Source of the DNA: a virus
Taxonomy: Duplodnaviria; Caudoviricetes
IMG/VR virus record: IMGVR_UViG_3300037423_001433
Span: 1-64,000 of that record
Direction: 5' to 3' (one strand)
Length of the DNA: 64,000 nt
The translations under genes and the position numbers were made by a program. The notes below the pieces were generated by a model. The model saw only the letters and a list, made by a program, of their open reading frames with translations. It was not told where the DNA came from and did no database searches. Below, piece after piece: positions 17,415 through 27,137 of the stretch; positions within the stretch are counted from its first letter, which is position 1; each line of letters opens with the position of its first letter.

Positions 17415-18418
17415 TGAAATTGGCAGTGATAGATGGAGATACTATTGCCTATAGAACTGCAGCAGCTTGTGAAAAACGTAGGATATTAGCCGTTCACAAA
17501 GAGACATTAGAAGAGACGAAATTTAATAACGTTACTGAGTTTAGACAGTGGCTGGCAGCTGATGGAAATTTTACAGAAGATCAATTCACTGTAACAGCTT
17601 CCCAAGTTGCACAACCTCCTGAAAATGCTTTCCATGTAATTAAACAGACGATCAATTCTATAGTTAGAAAAGCTAAATGTGATTCCTATCATATCGTAGT
17701 GTCAGGTGATAATAATTTCAGATTAGACCTTCCTCTTCCAACCCAGTATAAATCAAATCGTTCTGCATCTGTCAGACCTTTGCTGCTGGACGATTGTAAG
17801 AGATATTTAATCAAGAAACATAATGCAGAGATTTCTGATGGAGTTGAAGCCGATGATTACCTTGTAGGCTACGCCTATCAAGGGCATAAGGATGGCGATT
17901 ACATTGTTCAATGCTCTCCAGATAAGGACGCGAGACATGGCCCCTGCTGGTTATTTGATTGGACTACGATGGATGCGCCTGAGCTTATTACAGGCTTTGG
18001 CGGATTAGAGTTAATATTGACACCTACAGCTAAAACCAATGTAAAAGGTGAAGTAGTTAATAATAAATCTGTGAAAGGGAAAGGGAGAGCCTTTCTTTGG
18101 TATCAAATTCTATTTGGTGATCCTGTAGACGGCTACAAACCTTGTGAACTTGCTAAAGGGCGTTTAGGTGACATTGGAGCATATGAGCTTCTAAAGAGTG
18201 CTAAAAATGATAAAGAGGCATTAGAAGTTCTTGTAAGGCAATACAAGTTGTGGTATCCTGAGCCAGTTATTTATAGAGATTGGGCAGGCAATTTACAAAC
18301 AAAAGATTGGCTTGAGATTATGCAGATGTATGCTGATTGCGCGTTTATGAGACGCTTTGAAGGAGACAGGCTTATTATGAAGGATGTGTTGGATAAGGTT
18401 GGAGTGAAATATGACTAA
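17411..18418 (+). CDS. 5'-3' exonuclease (T7 gp6/FEN-like)
   Basis: IDGDTIAY, YKSNR, GVEADD, DKD, GDPVDGY motifs. Confidence 0.9.
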   Translation: MMKLAVIDGDTIAYRTAAACEKRRILAVHKETLEETKFNNVTEFRQWLAADGNFTEDQFTVTASQVAQPPENAFHVIKQTINSIVRKAKCDSYHIVVSGDNNFRLDLPLPTQYKSNRSASVRPLLLDDCKRYLIKKHNAEISDGVEADDYLVGYAYQGHKDGDYIVQCSPDKDARHGPCWLFDWTTMDAPELITGFGGLELILTPTAKTNVKGEVVNNKSVKGKGRAFLWYQILFGDPVDGYKPCELAKGRLGDIGAYELLKSAKNDKEALEVLVRQYKLWYPEPVIYRDWAGNLQTKDWLEIMQMYADCAFMRRFEGDRLIMKDVLDKVGVKYD

Positions 18419-18725
18419 GAAAGAGGTTGAAGTCCTTGTGGTCAAAGATGTTTACGACTCATTTGAAGGAAAAGACTTAAAAGACATTCTTGATATTGTA
18501 ACTTATTGGATAAATAGCTATGGTGAAAATGCGACAATTCAAGGTGAGACTGATTACAACGATATTTATCGAGTAGGGTTGTATGAAATAAGGCTTGAAA
18601 CCGATGCAGAGTATGCTGCGCGCCTTGTTTTAGAGGCTTACTCAAAAGTTAGACATGAAGAATATGAACTAAAAGAACTAAAACGTTTGCAGGAAAAATA
18701 TGGCTCCGTGGGAACAAGTACCTGA
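18411..18725 (+). CDS. hypothetical protein
   Basis: 104-aa ORF overlapping neighbours. Confidence 0.65.
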   Translation: MTKKEVEVLVVKDVYDSFEGKDLKDILDIVTYWINSYGENATIQGETDYNDIYRVGLYEIRLETDAEYAARLVLEAYSKVRHEEYELKELKRLQEKYGSVGTST

Positions 18726-19254
18726 AGTATGGCCTACTGAAGCTAAATTTTGGACTTGGGTGCGTGGGGTGCTTCGTAAAGGTTGGTCACACCATCCAGT
18801 AAAAATTGCATACATACAAGCAAACCGGAAGAAGATTCCGAATCCAAACAAAGCTTCAAGCAAGCGATTCCCAGAAGTGTGGGGCATGAGATGTGGGATA
18901 TGTGGTAAAGAGCATATAGCGACGAATATTGAAATTGATCACATAAAAGGGAATTCAAAATTCACATGTTTGGAAGATATGAAATCGTATGCAGAACATT
19001 TGTTTATGGTGGATTTTGAATCTTTGAGAGCTGTTTGTAAACCTTGTCACAAAATAAAGACATATGCAGAATCAAAAGGCATTTCATTTGAAGAGGCAAG
19101 AATTGAAAAGCTCGTGATCGAGATTTTGAAAGATAAAAAGCAAACTCAAGAGATTATTCAGCAAGCTGGCCTAACTGCAAAAAATAACTCAGAACGTAGG
19201 CAAGCGTTGCTGCAAATTTTAAAAGGAAAAGAAATTGTTGTTGATAACAAATAG
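18700..19254 (+). CDS. HNH endonuclease
   Basis: CGIC...IEIDHI...VCKPCH Zn-binding HNH pattern. Confidence 0.85.
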   Translation: MAPWEQVPEVWPTEAKFWTWVRGVLRKGWSHHPVKIAYIQANRKKIPNPNKASSKRFPEVWGMRCGICGKEHIATNIEIDHIKGNSKFTCLEDMKSYAEHLFMVDFESLRAVCKPCHKIKTYAESKGISFEEARIEKLVIEILKDKKQTQEIIQQAGLTAKNNSERRQALLQILKGKEIVVDNK

Positions 19255-19438
19255 TTTTAATGAAGCTGTGGCTAAATATTTCGGCCTGCCTCTTGAACAA
19301 GTAATGCGGAAGATGAAGATAAATACCAACCCTGATGAAGTTCTGTCAGTGGAAGTAACAATCGCCATTACTGCAGATGATTTGATTAAAATTGGCGAGA
19401 CAATGAAAATAATAGAGAAGGAGGCTCAATGTGGATGA
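19235..19438 (+). CDS. hypothetical protein
   Basis: 67-aa ORF in operon. Confidence 0.55.
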   Translation: MLLITNSFNEAVAKYFGLPLEQVMRKMKINTNPDEVLSVEVTIAITADDLIKIGETMKIIEKEAQCG

Positions 19439-20309
19439 ATACAAAGAATGGCAAAAACAAGCCATAGCCTTGCACGAGTTGAATTTAATGTCTTGGAGAG
19501 AAATTGCCAAAACTTTAAAAATCCCTCGTAGCACAGTGTCTGATTTTCTTCGTGCTTATAAACGGTTCAAAGAAGTAGCAGCTAAAGATGGATTTTCAGG
19601 CCATGTTGTACCGCAAGTGAATTCATCGGGTAAGAAGCATGATAACTCCCGAATCCTTTGTATTTCGGATATGCATATTCCATATCAGCATAAAGATACA
19701 TTGCTATTTTTGCAGATGTTGAAGGACAGGTATGAACCAACACGAGTGATTTGTTTAGGAGATGAGATAGACCACCATGCTATGAGTTTTCATGATTCTG
19801 ATCCTGATTTGATGAGTGCAGGAGATGAACTGAAGAAAGCTTTGGAAGTGATTGCAGAATTGCATAAAATGTTTCCTGAAATGGATTTGATTGACTCTAA
19901 TCATGGTTCAATGGCATTTCGTCGTGCAAAGCATCACGGAGTTCCAAGGCACTATTTGAAGAGTTACAATGAAGTGTTGGAAGTAGGCGAAGGATGGGTG
20001 TGGCACAATGATTTGGTTATTGAATTGCCTGACGGTCAGCAAGTTTATTTTCATCATGGTAAGAGTCAAGAAGCGATTAAAACTAGTCAATCTATGTCGA
20101 TGAGCCATGTATGCGGACATTTTCATGAGAGCTTTGGCGTCAAATATTGGGCAAATCCAAATGGGTTATTCTGGGCAATGAATTCTGGTTGTTTAATTGA
20201 CGACTCTAGTTTGGCATTTGCTTATAATAATGTGAATTTGAAACGTCCGATCATTGGTACGTCATTGATTATTGATGGGGTTCCTATTCTTGAAGCTATG
20301 CCACTTTAA
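19431..20309 (+). CDS. HTH-fused calcineurin-like metallophosphoesterase
   Basis: N-terminal SWREIAKTLKIPRSTVSDFL HTH; ISDMH, LGDE-x-D, SNH, FHHG, GHFH motifs. Confidence 0.85.
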   Translation: MDEYKEWQKQAIALHELNLMSWREIAKTLKIPRSTVSDFLRAYKRFKEVAAKDGFSGHVVPQVNSSGKKHDNSRILCISDMHIPYQHKDTLLFLQMLKDRYEPTRVICLGDEIDHHAMSFHDSDPDLMSAGDELKKALEVIAELHKMFPEMDLIDSNHGSMAFRRAKHHGVPRHYLKSYNEVLEVGEGWVWHNDLVIELPDGQQVYFHHGKSQEAIKTSQSMSMSHVCGHFHESFGVKYWANPNGLFWAMNSGCLIDDSSLAFAYNNVNLKRPIIGTSLIIDGVPILEAMPL

Positions 20310-20463
20310 TTATTTATCAGACCAACTTGATATACTTCGACGTATTGCGGCCAGAAGCATGAAATTAGCTCAGACAAATAATGAGTTTATTGATATTTCA
20401 CAGCATATGTTGGATGAGATAGAGAGAACTAAACTTTATTTAGAAAATATTAAAGATGACTGA
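20272..20463 (+). CDS. hypothetical protein (start uncertain)
   Basis: ORF fills gap in operon. Confidence 0.45.
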   Translation: MMGFLFLKLCHFNYLSDQLDILRRIAARSMKLAQTNNEFIDISQHMLDEIERTKLYLENIKDD

Positions 20464-20638
20464 AAAAGAATATAACAAAGTACTACTTAAACTTGCTCTT
20501 GGTGCACCATTAGCGCACGAAGAAGTGCAGGAGTTTATTGCAGTAGTGGAGCATATGGAATCCATGTTGGATGCCGGGGACGGGGATGATTATTATGGCA
20601 CGGTCGGCTGGCGCTACCATTTTGGATGGAGTGATTAA
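20456..20638 (+). CDS. hypothetical phage protein
   Basis: 60-aa ORF, DxDDYYGTxGWR motif. Confidence 0.65.
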   Translation: MTEKEYNKVLLKLALGAPLAHEEVQEFIAVVEHMESMLDAGDGDDYYGTVGWRYHFGWSD

Positions 20639-20904
20639 TGCATAAATGCCAAATTCCGATAGGTAATTTGCCAATTAATTTAATTCTTTGGGCTGATAGT
20701 GAAATTGAATTCATCAGAGCACCCAAGTTTAAAACTATCATTGACCAAAAGCTTGACGGAGTGAGTGCAATTTTCGATACAGAATCATTTAGTATTGGCA
20801 ACTATCCTGATTTAGTGTATAATGTGAAATACAATTACAAGGAAATGAAAGACATTCTTTTGTGGTTGCAACAGCAAAACTTAGATCAGCCGCAATTTAT
20901 GTAG
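20638..20904 (+). CDS. hypothetical protein
   Basis: TAATG coupling with upstream gene. Confidence 0.6.
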   Translation: MHKCQIPIGNLPINLILWADSEIEFIRAPKFKTIIDQKLDGVSAIFDTESFSIGNYPDLVYNVKYNYKEMKDILLWLQQQNLDQPQFM

Positions 20905-21077
20905 GAGACGCAGTGGAAGTATTATGTGAAGTATGTGGAGCACCAGCCACAAAGATGTTTTTTGGTGTATGCATAGATATCTGTGATAATCCTGTTTGTA
21001 GTGTAATAGTGGAAGAGGGTTTCACAAATCCAGAAAATAAAATAAAACTAGAAGAAAACGAGGAACCTGATGTCTAG
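20862..21077 (+). CDS. small Cys-rich hypothetical protein (start uncertain)
   Basis: CEVC...CIDICDNPVC. Confidence 0.5.
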   Translation: MVATAKLRSAAIYVGDAVEVLCEVCGAPATKMFFGVCIDICDNPVCSVIVEEGFTNPENKIKLEENEEPDV

Positions 21078-21618
21078 GAGTTTATCGTTCAGGGATTTAA
21101 AACTTATTCCTGAGCTTAGTAAGTATAATGAGATTCAATTGCTTGATCTTTCAATGGATACGGTAGTAAATAGTTTTTTGGAACAACTTGGATTTGATAT
21201 TGAATATCCGCTTGTGTACCTACCATCAAAGCATCGAGATATGTCTAATAAAATAGCAGTAGGATTTAGAGTTGTAGGAGAAGTTAGTACTAATAGAAAT
21301 TTTATCAATTCCCCACTTTGTAGCGTAACAGAACGTTTGGTTGCAGCTTCTTACCAAGATGTTTCATTGACAAAAGAACTTGCAAACCTGATGGGTAACA
21401 ATCTGAATTATGAAAGTGTGTTTGGAAAAGATTCTGAGGAAGATACAGAATTTCCTCCAGAATTAGTTGAACCTGACGCTGCTTATGTAGCAGAACAAAT
21501 CAAAACACTAGAAAGAGTTCGTGATGAAATTCGTGGCCCGATGTTCAATTCACGCGGGGGTCTGAAAACCCCAAAAGAGTATGCAGATTATTACAAGAAA
21601 ATTAAAGCAAATAATTAA
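21070..21618 (+). CDS. conserved hypothetical phage protein
   Basis: 182-aa ORF, GAGGA RBS. Confidence 0.75.
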   Translation: MSRSLSFRDLKLIPELSKYNEIQLLDLSMDTVVNSFLEQLGFDIEYPLVYLPSKHRDMSNKIAVGFRVVGEVSTNRNFINSPLCSVTERLVAASYQDVSLTKELANLMGNNLNYESVFGKDSEEDTEFPPELVEPDAAYVAEQIKTLERVRDEIRGPMFNSRGGLKTPKEYADYYKKIKANN

Positions 21619-21626
21619 AGGAAGCA

Positions 21627-23480
21627 ATGGATATTTCGCAGCAAATTTTAAGTGACGTAGTAGTTTTTAATAAGTATGCAAAATACATTGAAGAGATTGG
21701 TAGGCGTGAAACTTGGGAAGAAATTTGTGAACGTAATATGGCAATGCATATTAAATTTCATCCTAAGCTTCGTAAAGAGATTCAAAAAGTTTATAAAGAA
21801 TTTGTTATTCCCAAAAAGGTGCTCCCATCTATGCGCTCGATGCAATTTGGTGGACGCCCAATTGAAATTAATCATGCAAGGATTTACAATTGCTGCTGCA
21901 TGCCGATAGATTCTGTACAATCTTTTGCAGAAACAATGTTTCTTTTGCTTGGCGGTAGTGGTGTAGGATACAGTGTTCAAAAGCATCATGTAGATGCTCT
22001 TCCAACAGTGCAAGGCCCAAAGCGAACAAAGCGACGTTTCTTGATTGGAGATTCAATTGAAGGATGGGCTGATACAATTAAGGTATTGATGAAGGCTTAT
22101 TTTGAAGGGCGCTCTGATCCTGAGTTTGATTATCGTGATATACGACCTAAAGGCGCTAGGTTGATTACAGCGGGAGGTAAAGCACCCGGCCCTGATCCGC
22201 TTCGGATTTGTGTAGAGAATATTCGTGGTGTATTGAATCAAGCTATTGGACGTAAGCTTACTCCATTGGAAGCGCATGATATTCAGTGTCATATTGCAGA
22301 TGCAGTGTTGTCTGGTGGAATTCGTCGTGCAGCAATGATTGCGTTTTTCAGTCCCGATGATCTGGACATGATTTCATGTAAATCTGGAAATTGGTGGGAA
22401 CTTAACCCGCAACGTGGACGTGCAAATAACTCTGTTGTACTCGTTCGTGGAGAAATTACCGAAGAGCAGTTTAAAGATATTTGGAAGCGCGTAGAATTGT
22501 CTGGGGCAGGAGAGCCGGGGGTTTATTGGACAAATGACCGTAACATTTTGAGTAATCCTTGTGTAGAAGCAACATTGAGGATGTATTCATTTTGTAATTT
22601 GACAACCACAAACGGTAGTGATATTGAAACACAAGAAGAACTGAATGCTCGTGTTAAAGCAGCAACATTCATTGGAACTCTTCAAGCATCTTATACAGAC
22701 TTCCATTACTTGCGCGATGTATGGCGTGAAGTAACAGAAGAAGATGCATTGATTGGTGTGAGCATTACAGGTGTCGGTAGTGGAAAGATTCTAAATTTAA
22801 ATCTTGAAGAAGCAGCAAAAATCGTAGTAGCAGAAAATGCGCGAGTAGCTTATTTGTTGGGAATTAATCGTGCAGCTCGTACAAGCTTGCTTAAACCAGA
22901 AGGGACGGCTTCAATTGTTGTGGGTTCATCTTCCGGAGTGCATGCATGGCATAATGACTTTTATATTCGTCGTATGCGTGTAGGTAAAGCTGAAGCATTG
23001 TATGGGTATTTGAAAGAAAACTTTCCAGATTTGATTGAGGATTGCAAATTTAAACCTCATTTAGAAGCTGTGATGAGTTTTCCTCAAAAAGCTCCTGAAG
23101 GCAGTATCTTGCGCACAGAAAGCTTTATAGATTTACTTGAGCGTGTGAAGCGTTTCAATCAAGAATGGATTGCTCCGGGACATAACCGTGGAGTGCAAAA
23201 GCATAATGTAAGCTGTACAATCTCTTTGAAACCCGATGAGTGGGAAGCTTGTGGGAATTGGATGTGGGAAAATCGTGATCAATATAATGGTATTAGTGTA
23301 TTGCCCTACGATGGTGGTACATATGTTCAAGCACCATTTGAGGACTGTACTGAAGAACAATACAATGAAATGATGAAACTGCTGCATGGTATTGATCTAA
23401 CACAGCTTCGGGAGGAAGAGGATAAGACAGCACATACTCTCGAAGCTGCTTGCAGTGGTGGAGCGTGTGAAGTTAAGTGA
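21627..23480 (+). CDS. nrdJ: class II (adenosylcobalamin-dependent) ribonucleotide reductase
   Basis: LPSMRSMQFGG, IYNC, GGSGVG, SGGIRRAAMI, SNPCVE radical site, LLKPEGT, C-terminal CSGGAC; no beta subunit gene nearby. Confidence 0.92.
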   Translation: MDISQQILSDVVVFNKYAKYIEEIGRRETWEEICERNMAMHIKFHPKLRKEIQKVYKEFVIPKKVLPSMRSMQFGGRPIEINHARIYNCCCMPIDSVQSFAETMFLLLGGSGVGYSVQKHHVDALPTVQGPKRTKRRFLIGDSIEGWADTIKVLMKAYFEGRSDPEFDYRDIRPKGARLITAGGKAPGPDPLRICVENIRGVLNQAIGRKLTPLEAHDIQCHIADAVLSGGIRRAAMIAFFSPDDLDMISCKSGNWWELNPQRGRANNSVVLVRGEITEEQFKDIWKRVELSGAGEPGVYWTNDRNILSNPCVEATLRMYSFCNLTTTNGSDIETQEELNARVKAATFIGTLQASYTDFHYLRDVWREVTEEDALIGVSITGVGSGKILNLNLEEAAKIVVAENARVAYLLGINRAARTSLLKPEGTASIVVGSSSGVHAWHNDFYIRRMRVGKAEALYGYLKENFPDLIEDCKFKPHLEAVMSFPQKAPEGSILRTESFIDLLERVKRFNQEWIAPGHNRGVQKHNVSCTISLKPDEWEACGNWMWENRDQYNGISVLPYDGGTYVQAPFEDCTEEQYNEMMKLLHGIDLTQLREEEDKTAHTLEAACSGGACEVK

Positions 23481-23776
23481 TTGAGTGGCCTGATTTAAAA
23501 TTACCACCAATTAATTTATGGAATATTTCAAAAAGAAATAAAATGCTTAAAATATATGAAGAAAAGAAAAAAGAGAAAATTGTAAATCTCAAATTACAGT
23601 ATGTGTATGGAAACCATATTCGGCTTGTCGCTGTTGATGGAGATGGTAAAGAACTTATTAATGGCGCACTATTGACAATTTCCTCAACTGGTGCAGTTTT
23701 ACTGCATGGAGGCGTGGACAAAACTCTTGGCTTCCAATTAGATGTCGAGGGTAGGTTACTAATAGGAAAGGATTAA
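23477..23776 (+). CDS. hypothetical protein
   Basis: GTGA overlap with nrdJ stop. Confidence 0.6.
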   Translation: MIEWPDLKLPPINLWNISKRNKMLKIYEEKKKEKIVNLKLQYVYGNHIRLVAVDGDGKELINGALLTISSTGAVLLHGGVDKTLGFQLDVEGRLLIGKD

Positions 23777-23777
23777 A

Positions 23778-23984
23778 ATGAAACAGCCATTCGGAAAACA
23801 ATGGGCAAAAATTTTGTGGGAAGCAGGTGCTCGCAAAAACTGGAAAGGCTTCCGCATTCCATCGTTTAAATTGACAGAACGAAATGCGATCCGCCACCCA
23901 GACGCAAGACGAAATGATAAATCTGCGGATATACCTAAACATTTCCGTAGTTATCAAAAACGATATCAATCAGTAGATTTGTAA
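23778..23984 (+). CDS. basic hypothetical protein
   Basis: AAGGA RBS. Confidence 0.55.
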   Translation: MKQPFGKQWAKILWEAGARKNWKGFRIPSFKLTERNAIRHPDARRNDKSADIPKHFRSYQKRYQSVDL

Positions 23985-24002
23985 AAGGATTTTAAACAAA
24001 AG

Positions 24003-25316
24003 ATGAAAAATTATATTGGATTTTTAACAGATCATTCAGGTTCTATGCATGACATTCGGAATGCTGCTCTGAAAGATTATAATGATAGTATTAAAGCAGT
24101 AAGAGAAGCTGCTACAGCCAACATGCTAGACACAATTGTTTCAGTGTTTGGATTTGGTGGTAAAAGCCAAGTAACAAAGCATGTGGTAAATTCTAATCCG
24201 CATGTTCTTACACCAATGGTGGATTGGAGTGCACAAGGCAACACTCCACTTTATGATGCAATTGGTGATATGATCACATTGTTAAAATCAATGCCAGACT
24301 ATGATAACCCAAAAGTGTCATTTTTGATCATGCTTACATCTGATGGTGAGGAATACCAATCTATTCGATACACCAAAGAGAAGATTGCAGAGATGATTGG
24401 AGAACTTCGCCATGATGAACGTTGGACAATTGTATGTCGTATTCCTTCTGGATGCCGCCGCGCATTTGATGAATTGAATATTCCGGCAGACAATATTCAA
24501 GAGTGGGATGTATCAGAGAAAGGTATTGGGATTTCTACTCAATCTACCACTGTAGCAATGAATAATTTCTATGCTCAACGTGCTAAAGGACTGCGCGGGT
24601 CTTCTACGTTCTATGCAAATGCAGCTCATGTCACTCAAAACCAAGTGAAAGCTTCTTTACAGAATATTTCTGCTGAGGTAAGTTTGTGGACTGTGCTGCC
24701 TGAAGAAGATGGAATCGAAATTAAACCATTCGCTGAAAAACGTCTTGGCACAATGCCTTTCTTGAAAGGTGCAGCGTTTTACCAGTTGAGCAAGACTGAA
24801 GCTCGTGTCCAAGAAACAAAGATGATCATTATTCGTGATAAGAGTACAGGACATGTTTATTTCGGAGAAGCAGCACGAGATATGATTGGTCTGCCACGTA
24901 CAGGAAATGCACGAGTCCATCCGGGCAATCATGGTAACTATGACATTTTCATTCAGTCCACTTCTATTAATCGTAAATTGGTAGCTGGAACTCAATTGAT
25001 GTACTGGCCTAAAGTTGGTGTTGGATTCACAGCAGCAGACTTTCCTTGGTTGACTAACGGACAGTCAAAGATTGATCCAACATTAGTACAGAAATCAACT
25101 GCTGCAATTCAAGCTACAGCGGGTATGCAACCAGCTTTTGCACAGCCTTATGGAGCTAATCCTGTAGTGAAAACAAACATTACACAAACAAATGATCGAA
25201 CTTATTATCCATCTCGTGACGAATGCCGTCTTGCAGCTCGTAAGCTTGGCACTTCTCCTCGTGATGCTGGTAAGTCTTCTCCTACGGGACAACGTTGGTT
25301 TATTCCGAAAGTTTGA
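24003..25316 (+). CDS. von Willebrand factor A domain protein with large C-terminal extension
   Basis: MIDAS DHSGSM, GNTPLYDAIG, LTSDGEE. Confidence 0.85.
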   Translation: MKNYIGFLTDHSGSMHDIRNAALKDYNDSIKAVREAATANMLDTIVSVFGFGGKSQVTKHVVNSNPHVLTPMVDWSAQGNTPLYDAIGDMITLLKSMPDYDNPKVSFLIMLTSDGEEYQSIRYTKEKIAEMIGELRHDERWTIVCRIPSGCRRAFDELNIPADNIQEWDVSEKGIGISTQSTTVAMNNFYAQRAKGLRGSSTFYANAAHVTQNQVKASLQNISAEVSLWTVLPEEDGIEIKPFAEKRLGTMPFLKGAAFYQLSKTEARVQETKMIIIRDKSTGHVYFGEAARDMIGLPRTGNARVHPGNHGNYDIFIQSTSINRKLVAGTQLMYWPKVGVGFTAADFPWLTNGQSKIDPTLVQKSTAAIQATAGMQPAFAQPYGANPVVKTNITQTNDRTYYPSRDECRLAARKLGTSPRDAGKSSPTGQRWFIPKV

Positions 25317-25318
25317 TT

Positions 25319-25537
25319 ATGAGAGTTAGCGTAGAAGAAACTTTTAAACCATTAACAATAAAACTGGAAAGTCAAGCAGAAGTCGATTGGCTTTCTGCAA
25401 TTATTGGTGCATGTCCTGCACAATTTGATGTAGAGATGGGTGTAGGTGAAAGTGTAATTACTTTATATAATTTTCTTAAAAGATATAAGACTAACACAAT
25501 TACAGCATACAAAATTAAAACAACATTTAGTGATTAA
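25319..25537 (+). CDS. hypothetical protein
   Basis: ATG 25319 just after vWA stop. Confidence 0.6.
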   Translation: MRVSVEETFKPLTIKLESQAEVDWLSAIIGACPAQFDVEMGVGESVITLYNFLKRYKTNTITAYKIKTTFSD

Positions 25538-25539
25538 AT

Positions 25540-25812
25540 ATGACAAAAGTAACGACAATTGATACAAAAGATGGAACCGTCACAATTAACCTAGACGATT
25601 TTATTGGATTTAATCAAGAGGCTATGGAAGCTCTTGGACAAGAAGAAGCAGCAAAACAACAATTCAAAGATATCGTAGCTGAAGCTGCAGGAAAAACTGG
25701 AATGAAGAAAGGGAAAATTTCTAAATATTTTCGTGCTCGTTTCGCTGCAAAAACCAAAGAAGCGACTGAACTTGGTGAGTTGTTTGAAAAGCTTGATGAA
25801 GCCATTTCATAA
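25540..25812 (+). CDS. small dsDNA-binding protein, DsbA/GapR-like (tentative)
   Basis: helical pattern FKDIVAEAAGKTGMKKGKISKYFRARF. Confidence 0.45.
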   Translation: MTKVTTIDTKDGTVTINLDDFIGFNQEAMEALGQEEAAKQQFKDIVAEAAGKTGMKKGKISKYFRARFAAKTKEATELGELFEKLDEAIS

Positions 25813-25819
25813 GTTGTAA

Positions 25820-25854
25820 AATAAAAAGCCCACGCCCTTTACAGGATAGTGGGC
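25820..25854 (-). terminator. terminator at the convergence of the two gene blocks
   Basis: GCCCAC...GTGGGC interrupted stem followed by a T-run on the minus strand. Confidence 0.65.
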
Positions 25855-25884
25855 GAAATGCTCTACCAAGAGCACTACAAAGAA

Positions 25885-26385
25885 TTATTTTTGGTCTTGA
25901 TCTTTCGGCCAAGCTTCCATCAATGTTTTTGCATCGTTTGCATGTCTGTCAGCTGTTTCTGCCATTGCAGAATATTTTCCTTGGCAGTCTGCAAGTATGG
26001 TTGTGAGGGTTGTGGTTGACTGACGGAGGGCATCAATGGAAGCTGTGGACACGCCGTTGCGGATATTTGCGAGGGTGTCACGCAAGCTGTTAGCAACAAT
26101 GGTGTTAGCATCAGACAGAGTTTTGATAAGTTCTTCACGATTTTGCGCATGTTGGTTTGCCTCCTGTAACTGTTCTTGATAGAATGCTTCTTTAGCTCGT
26201 GCAGCTATTTGAGCATTCAGCTCTTTGGTAGTGTATTCTGCTACTGCTTTTTGATACCCGATATCTTGCTCATGCTGGAGGAAAAGGTGAATACCAATCC
26301 CTATTCCCAAAATGAGCGCCCCTATCAGTACCACTTCTATGAGTAGTTTATAGGGCGACAAAAAATTCAACATAAAAACTCCCAA
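25885..26385 (-). CDS. Rz: inner-membrane spanin (Rz-like)
   Basis: N-terminal TM, GYQKAV, coiled-coil periplasmic domain, downstream of endolysin. Confidence 0.85.
   Translation of the reverse strand: MGVFMLNFLSPYKLLIEVVLIGALILGIGIGIHLFLQHEQDIGYQKAVAEYTTKELNAQIAARAKEAFYQEQLQEANQHAQNREELIKTLSDANTIVANSLRDTLANIRNGVSTASIDALRQSTTTLTTILADCQGKYSAMAETADRHANDAKTLMEAWPKDQDQK
25920..26150 (-). CDS. Rz1: outer-membrane lipoprotein spanin (Rz1-like), nested in Rz; likely start at MLTPLLLTAC
   Basis: lipobox LLTA-C, Pro-rich mature part, embedded in a different frame of Rz. Confidence 0.8.
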   Translation of the reverse strand: MRKIVKNLSKLCLMLTPLLLTACVTPSQISATACPQLPLMPSVSQPQPSQPYLQTAKENILQWQKQLTDMQTMQKH

Positions 26386-26592
26386 TTATTTAGTAAAGTG
26401 GGATGCCAATGAACTCCACAATGTTTTAACTTCTTCGTAATCTTTTTCCAAGATTGCAACAAAACTGGTTTCCAAGCCACTCAGACGAGTTTCCAATTCT
26501 GTGACTTTAGCTTTAGCAGCTGCTTCAACCGCCGCAGCATCTTCTTTTGCTTTTGCAATTTCTGCAACAAGTGATTCACGCAATGTCGTCAT
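26386..26592 (-). CDS. coiled-coil hypothetical protein in lysis cassette
   Basis: AAAGGA RBS; between endolysin and spanin. Confidence 0.7.
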   Translation of the reverse strand: MTTLRESLVAEIAKAKEDAAAVEAAAKAKVTELETRLSGLETSFVAILEKDYEEVKTLWSSLASHFTK

Positions 26593-26603
26593 AATACTTT
26601 CCT

Positions 26604-27137
26604 TTAAGCACCCAATACTTCTAGTGCACGTTTATAAAATGCTTGCCTACTTGCAAGCCCATTAATTCCACCATTAATCTTTCGAGTAATTGTGGTGAAA
26701 CTTTCTTCTGTTCCTATTTCTGCAATTTCAGACAAATGATGTGTTTTCCAGAACCATCCTGCACTTCTAGCAGCATTCTCCGGTAATTCAATCAATTCTG
26801 GATGATTTAAACAGTCTACATTCAACGCAAGCATTAAAGCTGCATAGTTTACTCTTCCAGTAATTTGAATCAAGCCACGGCCCTTATAACGAACGCCATC
26901 ACCCTTTTCAGTATTACCCAAATCTTTGCGCCCTTCATATGCCTCTCCAGACGCTAATTCTTTCACAAACAAAAGTTGCTCGCTTTCATGAGCTATTTGA
27001 GCCAAAAATGCTGCTTGTTGCAGAGGCGTAATAATTTCAAATTCAGCCATTGCTTTATTCAAAGGACTTAGAAATATCTCAGCCCTTTTATGTGCCTCTG
27101 GCATTATTTCTTGCAATTGAGAAAGTGTTATATCCAT
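26604..27137 (-). CDS. endolysin, glycoside hydrolase family 19
   Basis: AAFLAQIAHES, YEGRKDLGN, YKGRGLIQITGRVNY, INGGING. Confidence 0.93.
   Translation of the reverse strand: MDITLSQLQEIMPEAHKRAEIFLSPLNKAMAEFEIITPLQQAAFLAQIAHESEQLLFVKELASGEAYEGRKDLGNTEKGDGVRYKGRGLIQITGRVNYAALMLALNVDCLNHPELIELPENAARSAGWFWKTHHLSEIAEIGTEESFTTITRKINGGINGLASRQAFYKRALEVLGA

Noticed and set aside
11117-23480. Inteins or introns in polymerase and RNR
   Set aside because: Sizes and motif spacing are continuous; no intein C-terminal HN-C/S/T or LAGLIDADG blocks seen
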